A DNA stretch of 41,383 bases from a virus. The stretch lies in the IMG/VR virus record IMGVR_UViG_3300026549_000014, positions 1-41,383 of that record, one strand, 5' to 3'. A program made the position numbers and the translations under genes. Of this stretch, positions 22,267 to 29,159 are shown piece after piece. Under the pieces are notes generated by a model. The model had not been told where the DNA came from and ran no database searches. It worked only from the letters and a program-made list of their open reading frames with translations. Positions within the stretch are counted from its first letter, which is position 1; the number at the start of each line of letters is the position of its first letter.

Positions 22267-24059
22267 TGTATTTACCAACGGTAGTAGACAACGCTAACAC
22301 CTTTGGCATGGTGGAAACCTGGCTCGGCTATAATCACAATGCGCGGATTGGAGCGGGGGAGTTCTACGACGAGGATAACATGAGCAGCGACAACTACCCG
22401 CTGCTTTCTCCCCGCAAGATCAGGCCCAAGCTGATAGATACCGGCGAGGACGTGATTCGCGGGGCAATGCTGGCAAACGGAAATATCGCCTACCTTGCAG
22501 GCAAGACGTTCCACTACTCTACGGTGTCAATAGACCTGTCGGAGTATTTCGGGGACGACTCGGAGAGCGACCAGCAGATTGTGCGTTTTGGGGCTTACGC
22601 TCTGATTTTCCCCGCGGGGATCTGGATAAACCTCTCCAAAACGGCAGAGTACGGACCCATTAAGGAGTCTATCTCCATCGCCTCCGGGACGACGATCACG
22701 TACAGCATGACAACGATTTCCGGCGCGGAGTACAACCCTACAGTGTCAGAGACCGCTCCGGAGTCTCCATCTGCCGGAGCATACTGGCTTGATACCAAGG
22801 ATGGAGAGTGGGGACTGTACCTGTGGGATGCCAACGCGAAGCAGTGGCAGGGGATCGCCAGCACGTACATCAAAATCACGATCCCTGGGGCCCATCTAAC
22901 AGAAAAGTTTGCCGAAGGTGACGCGGTCACGCTGAACACCAAATATCCGGATATCAACGACGGCTCCATCATACAGGCCATTGCCGATGACTACATGGTG
23001 GTCCAGGGGCTCATGCCCAAGGCTACCGATACCGAGATCACATCTGCAACGTGGACGCTGACCATCACGCGCAAGATCCCTACTCTGGACTACGTGTGCG
23101 TGGCAAATAACCGCGTGTGGGGATGCCACTACGGCGAGGATGGCTACGGCGGACTGATAAATGAAATCTATGCTTCCAAGCTGGGTGATTTCAAGAACTG
23201 GTATACGTATGCCGGGGATTCAACGGATTCCTACGCACTGTCTATTGGCATGGGTGAAAAATTCACCGGAGCTGTCGAGTATCACGGATATCCTACTTTC
23301 TTCAAGGAGGACTACGTGCTCAAAATCTATGGCGCCGCCCCGTCAGAATTTCAGCTAATCACCAACTCATGCCGAGGTGTGCAGGATGGCTCCTACAAGT
23401 CCATCGTCAAGCTCAACGAGTACCTGATTTACAAAAGCCCGTCCGATGTTGTTGTCTACGACGGGAGCAACCCGACATCCATCTCCCAGGCGTTTGGCCG
23501 GGGCAAGATGTACTACGATGCCGTAGCGGGAGGATGCCTCAATCGTTACCACATTGTGATGGAGGACGTGCGGGGCAATCCGGTCTATCTGGTCTATGAC
23601 CTGCAGTACGGGATCTGGACCAAGTACGACAATCTCAGAGTTAAGTGCTTCACGGCAGGAGAAAACGGACAGATCTATGCGGCGACGAAGACCGAGATCT
23701 TTGGCGTAGGGTCCAATGAGAACTCCATGTTCCTGAATCCCATGGTATCCGAGGAGTACGTGAGCTGGTCCGCAACCACGGGTGATATCGGACTAGAGTA
23801 TGCAGGCTACAAGCTCCTCAAGCGGATCACACTCCGGGCATACATCCCTGCTACATCGGAGATCGTGGTACAGATCGCCTACGATGGGCGTCCCTTCGAG
23901 AATGTCGGGGTCATGCGTGGCCACGGAGATGTGCAGAGCAAGTCCTTCGACATCTCTCCGTTCCGCTGTGATCACTACCGGATCCGCTTCTCCGGTCACG
24001 GAGACGTGAGAATCTACACCATGCAGAGCACTGTCGAGGAGGTGAGTGAGAAGAGATGA
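22266..24059 (+). CDS. Large tail structural protein (597 aa; beta-rich, possibly tail tube/nozzle or hub)
   Basis: TAATG overlap with the upstream gene. Its position and repeated beta-strand/aromatic pattern suggest a structural role. No family recognised. Confidence 0.6.
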   Translation: MYLPTVVDNANTFGMVETWLGYNHNARIGAGEFYDEDNMSSDNYPLLSPRKIRPKLIDTGEDVIRGAMLANGNIAYLAGKTFHYSTVSIDLSEYFGDDSESDQQIVRFGAYALIFPAGIWINLSKTAEYGPIKESISIASGTTITYSMTTISGAEYNPTVSETAPESPSAGAYWLDTKDGEWGLYLWDANAKQWQGIASTYIKITIPGAHLTEKFAEGDAVTLNTKYPDINDGSIIQAIADDYMVVQGLMPKATDTEITSATWTLTITRKIPTLDYVCVANNRVWGCHYGEDGYGGLINEIYASKLGDFKNWYTYAGDSTDSYALSIGMGEKFTGAVEYHGYPTFFKEDYVLKIYGAAPSEFQLITNSCRGVQDGSYKSIVKLNEYLIYKSPSDVVVYDGSNPTSISQAFGRGKMYYDAVAGGCLNRYHIVMEDVRGNPVYLVYDLQYGIWTKYDNLRVKCFTAGENGQIYAATKTEIFGVGSNENSMFLNPMVSEEYVSWSATTGDIGLEYAGYKLLKRITLRAYIPATSEIVVQIAYDGRPFENVGVMRGHGDVQSKSFDISPFRCDHYRIRFSGHGDVRIYTMQSTVEEVSEKR

Positions 24060-24205
24060 TAAAGATTGTCTTTGAGCGGCCGGTCCTCGACAGGGATACG
24101 CCACGGGAGAACATCGCCCTGCTGGATACCTGGGCTTCCGACGTCACGGACAAGCTCAACTATCTAGTTAGGCAGCTGCAGAAGGAGAAGGACAATGAAA
24201 AGTGA
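24056..24205 (+). CDS. Hypothetical small protein (49 aa, below the ORF-track cutoff)
   Basis: ATGA overlap at 24056-24059. MIKIVFERPVLDRDTPRENIALLDTWASDVTDKLNYLVRQLQKEKDNEK*. Overlaps the next start by 11 nt. Confidence 0.45.
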   Translation: MIKIVFERPVLDRDTPRENIALLDTWASDVTDKLNYLVRQLQKEKDNEK

Positions 24206-25007
24206 CATCTATAAAGTCCTGGATGTCGATACGGGAGAGGAGTACATCCTGCACGACAAAGACCTCCATGAGCAGGCAGACAGGCAGTCTGCTGATACCT
24301 CTGCCGCGGTCAGCATGGTGGAGCAGGAGACGTCCCGGGCAAAGCAGGCAGAAACACAGCTTCGGGATGCTATGAGCAGAATTACCTCGGACGTGAGTGC
24401 GAAGGTAACAGAAGTGCAGCAGGCTGCACAGAGTGCCACTAATGCGTCTTCTGAGGCATCCGAATACGCGCAGGCGGCATCGAACGCACAGGCATCAGCA
24501 GAGGATGCAGCGAACAATGCAAAGGATGCGCAGACCAAGGCCGAGGGCGCAAGCAAGAGCGCAAGCGTGGCATACTCCGACGCGGTTACGGCAAAGGAGG
24601 AAGCCGAGGCGGCTGTTAAGGAAGCCCTGGAGCATGTCGATACGGCAAAGGGATATGCAGAGCAGGCACAGGCTTCTTCTCAAGGCATCGCAGACGAGCT
24701 GGCAAAAGCACAGGCCGCAGCGCAGGAAGCAGGAGACAAGGCCGCGAGCGTTGCACAGTCCGCTTCTTCTGCCATAGAGAGCGCGCAGGCGGCAGCAAAG
24801 TCCGAGGCAAACGCAGAGAAGTACGCGCAGGCCGCAGCGCAGGATGCGGAGAAGACGGCACAAAACACAGACATAACTGTTCACTATGCACAGTACGTCC
24901 TTCCGGTGTTCGCCTATCAGAACAACAGACTGTATCTCAAGGACACGAGCCGTACTTCATTCGCTGTGTATAAGAACCGGCTGTTGTTCAAGTCTTACGG
25001 AGGTTAA
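24195..25007 (+). CDS. Tail fibre protein with an Ala/Ser/Gln/Glu-rich helical shaft
   Basis: A long A-x-x-A/S-A periodic region (AQSATNASSEASEYAQAASNAQASAEDAANNAKDAQTKAEGA...) typical of fibre shafts. Confidence 0.7.
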   Translation: MKSDIYKVLDVDTGEEYILHDKDLHEQADRQSADTSAAVSMVEQETSRAKQAETQLRDAMSRITSDVSAKVTEVQQAAQSATNASSEASEYAQAASNAQASAEDAANNAKDAQTKAEGASKSASVAYSDAVTAKEEAEAAVKEALEHVDTAKGYAEQAQASSQGIADELAKAQAAAQEAGDKAASVAQSASSAIESAQAAAKSEANAEKYAQAAAQDAEKTAQNTDITVHYAQYVLPVFAYQNNRLYLKDTSRTSFAVYKNRLLFKSYGG

Positions 25008-25009
25008 AC

Positions 25010-25486
25010 ATGGAGATTCCCAGTGGATACACAGCCCTCTCGCTTGTGGGCTTTACGGACCGGGGCACATACAGCGCTACAGAGACGTATGTGAAGAACG
25101 ACTTGGTCCATTACAAGAACTCAATATTCTGTGCAAAGCAGGACGACCTTACCGGCGTAGAGCCTACGGATGACGGAACTAGCTGGTACTACTTCGTATT
25201 CTCCCCGGATGACGTCGAGGAGAATGCAAGAACAGCCGCCAACGCGGCAGCCACAACGATACAGAAAGCGACCGAAACGGCGGCATCAGCAGCAGCGGCA
25301 GCCAATTCTGCGTCAGCCGCCTCCAGCTCTGAACAGTCTGCCGGAAAGCATGAGGCTAACGCCTCTGCATCAGCAGCGGCGGCAGAAGAGGCCGCAACGA
25401 AAGCTGCAGGATACGGAGCGGCGGCAACTTACAGCATCGGCATTAACCCAAGCACCGGCCACATGGCTGTGTTTTATAACGAGTAA
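25010..25486 (+). CDS. Tail fibre-associated protein: N-terminal Y-x-x-x-D-x-V-x-Y..W-type motif plus an Ala-rich helix
   Basis: RGTYSATETYVKNDLVHYKNSIFCAKQDDLTGVEPTDDGTSWYYF resembles the carbohydrate-binding-like motif common in fibre proteins. Confidence 0.65.
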   Translation: MEIPSGYTALSLVGFTDRGTYSATETYVKNDLVHYKNSIFCAKQDDLTGVEPTDDGTSWYYFVFSPDDVEENARTAANAAATTIQKATETAASAAAAANSASAASSSEQSAGKHEANASASAAAAEEAATKAAGYGAAATYSIGINPSTGHMAVFYNE

Positions 25487-25497
25487 GGAGGAAATGA

Positions 25498-27045
25498 ATG
25501 GCACAGGTTTTTGACCTTCCGGGATACGATCACGGAGCAAGAACAAGCGCGGCGCTTGAGGCGATCGCGGAAGCCCAGGAGGGGAATACTTCATCCCTGT
25601 CTGCACTTGAGAAGCAGATTGTAAAGGGATACGCGCGTGAGAGAAACGGCAAGGTATTCGCAACCAAGATCTATCGGTTTGCATCCAATACCACCTCTAT
25701 GGGAGAAAGACTCCGGGATTCTGTTGGACTTACCTGCACAGCATCCACAGACACCGTAGCGGGCACGGATGACTTTGCAACCGCATCCCCGATCTTTACC
25801 TATCAGAGATGTAACTACACAAGAGAGGACGACGGAACAGCAAGGCCTATTGCTCTTGAGGGATCCCCGACATATCGCACAAGCGGAGCCTATGATGTCG
25901 GAAACGTATATGCTACATTCTACTGGAATGTGGAGCATCACGGGACTTACGATGTTTTCTATATGTCTGACACTCCGCACCCAGAGCTTGGTCTTGTGCC
26001 CTGGTGTGAGGCTGTAAAAGCCGACGGAACCGTTCTCCCTTTCTATGTGCATTCCTGCTATGCGGCAGCCACGGCATCGGATGGACTGCTCCGGTCTCAG
26101 CCCGGTCTCTCTCCGGCATACAATATCTCGTACAACTCGATGATTACCGCCTTCCAGAAGAAGGGCACCGGGTACTGGGGAGCAGGATCTGAGAGAAATC
26201 TTTGGGGTATGCTGATGCTCATCATCAAGTATGCCACCAAGAACGTTCAGAAGATCTTCCGCGGCCATGCAGATACCTATTCTATGAAGGCGGTGGTGGC
26301 CTATGCAGAGACCGGGACAAAACGTATCCTTATAGCAAGCAACCCCGGATGGTATGCAGGGGCCTGCATTTCCCTCGGATCTGCCGACATTGACCAGGAT
26401 AGTTCTGCCGCACACGACATTGTAGACCGGGCGAAAATCGCAAGCATCGAGAAGGTTACAATCGACAGCACAACGTATGTTGCACTCAATCTGGACGTGT
26501 CGGCAACTTTCGACACCGCTACCACGGAGTACGTGAAGTGGTATCCGACATACACCGGAGAAACCGACAAGGTTATCGGACATCTCGATGGCTCCTATCT
26601 GTCCAATGCTGATGGGAGACATCCCTTCCGGATCCTGGGCACAGAATTTGCGTGGGGCCAGGCTTTTATTGAGTCCAATGCCGTTATGGAGAAGGACGCA
26701 AACGGGGATTGGCTCCAGTACTTTGCTCCGAGAGGAACAAAGCATGTAGCAAACGCACATACAGGCTACGTGCTTGCTGGTAAGATTCCCGGAGCAACCG
26801 GAGACTATTGGAGCGGAGACATCGACGTGGACACCAGGGGCTTTATGTGTCCCTCCACGGTGGGATCGTCTGACGCGCTTGGAACGGGTGACCGAGTATG
26901 GGGACCGCAATCCGGAAGCAAAGGTGATCTGCGAGAGCGATATACCGTCGGCTACCTGTGGGACGGTTCGAACCTCGGCCTTGCGCATGTCCATTGCTGG
27001 AACGTGCTTTCTGGGGCGTCCTGGCACTACGGGTGCTGCGATTAG
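25498..27045 (+). CDS. DGR target protein (probable receptor-binding protein) with a C-terminal variable region
   Basis: 515 aa in the fibre module. The last 34 codons are the VR, which matches the downstream TR apart from substitutions at TR adenines. The C-terminal W/Y/G/C pattern is consistent with C-type-lectin-fold DGR targets. Confidence 0.85.
   Translation: MAQVFDLPGYDHGARTSAALEAIAEAQEGNTSSLSALEKQIVKGYARERNGKVFATKIYRFASNTTSMGERLRDSVGLTCTASTDTVAGTDDFATASPIFTYQRCNYTREDDGTARPIALEGSPTYRTSGAYDVGNVYATFYWNVEHHGTYDVFYMSDTPHPELGLVPWCEAVKADGTVLPFYVHSCYAAATASDGLLRSQPGLSPAYNISYNSMITAFQKKGTGYWGAGSERNLWGMLMLIIKYATKNVQKIFRGHADTYSMKAVVAYAETGTKRILIASNPGWYAGACISLGSADIDQDSSAAHDIVDRAKIASIEKVTIDSTTYVALNLDVSATFDTATTEYVKWYPTYTGETDKVIGHLDGSYLSNADGRHPFRILGTEFAWGQAFIESNAVMEKDANGDWLQYFAPRGTKHVANAHTGYVLAGKIPGATGDYWSGDIDVDTRGFMCPSTVGSSDALGTGDRVWGPQSGSKGDLRERYTVGYLWDGSNLGLAHVHCWNVLSGASWHYGCCD
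26941..27042 (+). repeat. DGR variable region (VR)
   Basis: Gap-free 102-nt alignment to 27116-27217. I count 13 mismatches. Confidence 0.9.
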
Positions 27046-27068
27046 TTCGCCCTGCTTCCGGGGGTGAA

Positions 27069-27103
27069 TGCCGGGCTCTGCCCGGCAGAGGGGATCTCCC
27101 CTC
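27069..27103 (+). promoter_or_regulatory. Two adjacent GC-rich hairpins between VR and TR
   Basis: TGCCGGGC tct GCCCGGCA (27069-27087, 8-bp stem) and GAGGG gatc(t) CCCTC (27088-27103). Confidence 0.75.
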
Positions 27104-27115
27104 AAAGGGTACGGT

Positions 27116-27217
27116 AATACCGTCGGCAACCTGAGGAACGGTTCGAACCTCGGCCTTGCGAATGTCAATTGCAGGAACGAGCTTTCTAGGGCGAACTGGA
27201 ACTACGGGTGCTGCAAT
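27116..27217 (+). repeat. DGR template region (TR)
   Basis: Contains 26 adenines, 13 of which differ in the VR. AAC/AAT codons line up with the variable residues when read in the VR frame. Confidence 0.9.
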
Positions 27218-27401
27218 GGTGTTAAAAGTCCTCAACAGCAGAGGCAAAAGTAAATAGTAATAGGTTACCGTGCGCGCTCATAACAAGCGCCGTTCCGGCC
27301 AGTACCCGGAGCGCCTGTGCGGAATGCACAAAGTGGCTGGGAAGCAGGCGGGCTAGTAGGAAAGCGAACGCTCGTACCACAGCACTAATCGAAAATTTTG
27401 C
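27218..27401 (+). ncRNA. Non-coding spacer between TR and RT, presumed part of the DGR template/priming RNA
   Basis: No ORF. GC-rich with local stems (for example GCGCT cataaca AGCGC at about 27273-27289). The role is inferred from the BPP-1 DGR RNA. Confidence 0.4.
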
Positions 27402-28508
27402 ATGAAGAGAAAATGCAATCATACCGATATTACGGACAGAGAGTTTATCCGGAAAGCAATACACGAGTGTTTTACTCAGAAGGGCAGCAAGGCCTTCGAG
27501 CGAAGCGATGTGAAAGAACTCTTGGAATGGTGTGATCATTCCGAAGAAAAGCTGATAGATATGCTCCGGGCGGAGATCGTAGAAAGGCGGGTATCTCTCC
27601 CTCCTGTCCGTTATGCCGACCGGTACGACCACTCAAACGGCAAGCTCCGGCACATCACAATAGAGCACACCAAAGAGCAGATATACGATTACATCGCATC
27701 GGATGGGCTCGACGAGATTGCCGGGAGAATCGGTCATTATCAGATAGCCTGCAAGAAAGGCCAGGGACCACTCTACGGTGCCAAGGTAATACAGGGATGG
27801 CTACAGGATGAGTCGATCCGATACGGCGTAAAGGCGGACGCGCAGAAGTGCTATCCGAGCATCAGTAAAAGAAACATAATGCGGTGGCTCAGAAGGCACG
27901 TGAAGAATGACGATCTGCTATATCTGATTTACTGCCTGCTCTGTACATCAGACCAAGGCCTTCCGATCGGAAGCTATCTCTCCATCCGGCTGTGCGCTCT
28001 GTATCTCTCTGACCTGTATCATCACATCGAGGGCACGTACTTTGTTGAGAGGCGCGGCAAGAAACGAAACTGTGTAAAGCACGTCATGATTAACCTGGAC
28101 GATATCTATATCTTTGGAACGTCAGCCAAGGAACTTCATAGGGTGATGAACGGCTTGTTACCTTTTGCTAAAGCCATGGGCCTTACGATCAAACCAGACT
28201 GGAGGCTCCTTGATTTGGGGCCAAAGAACCCGGACGCACACATAGATGCGCTCGGGTATCGGATCTATCGGGGCAGGATCACAATGCGGCGCAGGAACTA
28301 CGTTAAAACAAAGAGGGCACAGCGGATGTTTGAGAAGAGCCCAAACATCGTCAATGCCAGGGCACTCGTCAGCTACTACGGAATGTTCGTGAAACACACA
28401 AACAGCAACAGATTCAATCATAAATACCAAGCAAGCAGAGCAGTACGCTCTGCAAGAAAGGTGGTATCGCAATATGATAAAAGCAAGATTCGACGGGAAA
28501 CAGCCTGA
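27402..28508 (+). CDS. Reverse transcriptase (DGR type)
   Basis: RT motifs in order: GVKADAQKCYPSI, LPIGSYLSIRLCALYL, HVMINLDDIYIFG, AKAMGLTIKP, IDALGYRIY. About 368 aa, with no intron maturase or endonuclease domains. Confidence 0.88.
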   Translation: MKRKCNHTDITDREFIRKAIHECFTQKGSKAFERSDVKELLEWCDHSEEKLIDMLRAEIVERRVSLPPVRYADRYDHSNGKLRHITIEHTKEQIYDYIASDGLDEIAGRIGHYQIACKKGQGPLYGAKVIQGWLQDESIRYGVKADAQKCYPSISKRNIMRWLRRHVKNDDLLYLIYCLLCTSDQGLPIGSYLSIRLCALYLSDLYHHIEGTYFVERRGKKRNCVKHVMINLDDIYIFGTSAKELHRVMNGLLPFAKAMGLTIKPDWRLLDLGPKNPDAHIDALGYRIYRGRITMRRRNYVKTKRAQRMFEKSPNIVNARALVSYYGMFVKHTNSNRFNHKYQASRAVRSARKVVSQYDKSKIRRETA

Positions 28509-28809
28509 ACTGACCGCGTACACAGAGGGGGATTCCGTTCGGTATATGATCTGCGAGAACGGCAAGGAGTACTCGGAGACTGATACAGGGGGAAACGAGT
28601 CTGGGGGATTCGAGTATGACTTCGCAGAATTCGTCGAGGCTACATCCGTTCTTTCTCCGGATACCGTCAAGAAGAATCCGGGAGAGTACCTGAACTACGT
28701 TCCTGTCGGGGAGACCAAGAAGGCAAGCACAGAGAAGCCTGCAACTCTCGAGCAGAGAATCTCTGACCTCGAGGAGACTGTCGCCGACGCATTGGGAGGT
28801 GAAGCATGA
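28474..28809 (+). CDS. Hypothetical acidic protein (111 aa)
   Basis: Overlaps the RT 3' end by 35 nt. AAGGTGG upstream. Confidence 0.55.
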   Translation: MIKARFDGKQPELTAYTEGDSVRYMICENGKEYSETDTGGNESGGFEYDFAEFVEATSVLSPDTVKKNPGEYLNYVPVGETKKASTEKPATLEQRISDLEETVADALGGEA

Positions 28810-28943
28810 GCGCGAAGATTCGGATCATGATCAGAGTAGCAAAGCGCAGGATGGCCGCGGGGGAGACAATCGACGAGATTCTCGAGGGATGGCCGAACCT
28901 CACGGATGAGGAGAAGCAGGAGATTCGGGATGGAGTCGCCTGA
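28806..28943 (+). CDS. Hypothetical small protein (45 aa)
   Basis: ATGA overlap. MSAKIRIMIRVAKRRMAAGETIDEILEGWPNLTDEEKQEIRDGVA*. Confidence 0.4.
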   Translation: MSAKIRIMIRVAKRRMAAGETIDEILEGWPNLTDEEKQEIRDGVA

Positions 28944-29067
28944 ACTGCTCATAGAAATGTCGGGTACAATCGAACAGCTCACGAAGCTGTGCGTGGATCT
29001 GATTCAGGAACTGGCACAGTACAGAAGCATCGAGGCCGAGGAGAAGAAGCTCCTCGATATCATCTAA
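28930..29067 (+). CDS. Hypothetical small helical protein (45 aa)
   Basis: MESPELLIEMSGTIEQLTKLCVDLIQELAQYRSIEAEEKKLLDII*. Ends just before a terminator. Confidence 0.4.
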   Translation: MESPELLIEMSGTIEQLTKLCVDLIQELAQYRSIEAEEKKLLDII

Positions 29068-29070
29068 ACA

Positions 29071-29100
29071 GGGAGGACCGGGAGACCGGCCCTCCTTTTT
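29071..29100 (+). terminator. Rho-independent terminator
   Basis: GGGAGGACCGG gaga CCGGCCCTCC followed by TTTTT. Confidence 0.75.
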
Positions 29101-29159
29101 GGTGCCCTATAAATTATGGTAGGCACTCGGTACGATAAACACAGAATAGGAGGCAAATT

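Larger units (their letters stand above)
26941..28508 (+). mobile_element. Diversity-generating retroelement core (VR, hairpins, TR, spacer, RT)
   Basis: 102-nt VR/TR pair with adenine-only mismatches, plus an adjacent reverse transcriptase gene. Confidence 0.9.

Noticed and set aside
25591-27168. 525-aa minus-strand ORF, the second-longest in the region
   Set aside because: It runs antisense to the well-supported DGR target gene. It has an R/C/G/H-rich nonsense-like composition and no RBS. Long antisense ORFs are expected in GC-rich coding DNA.
27068-27253. 61-aa + strand ORF covering the TR
   Set aside because: It is simply the template repeat read in the VR frame (..NTVGNLRNGSNLGLANVNCRN..). 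A TR is a non-coding template. There is no RBS, and its start lies inside the hairpin region.
27222-27632. 136-aa minus-strand ORF considered as a possible Avd
   Set aside because: It runs antisense to the RT 5' end and the spacer, has no RBS, and lacks the amphipathic basic helical pattern expected of Avd.
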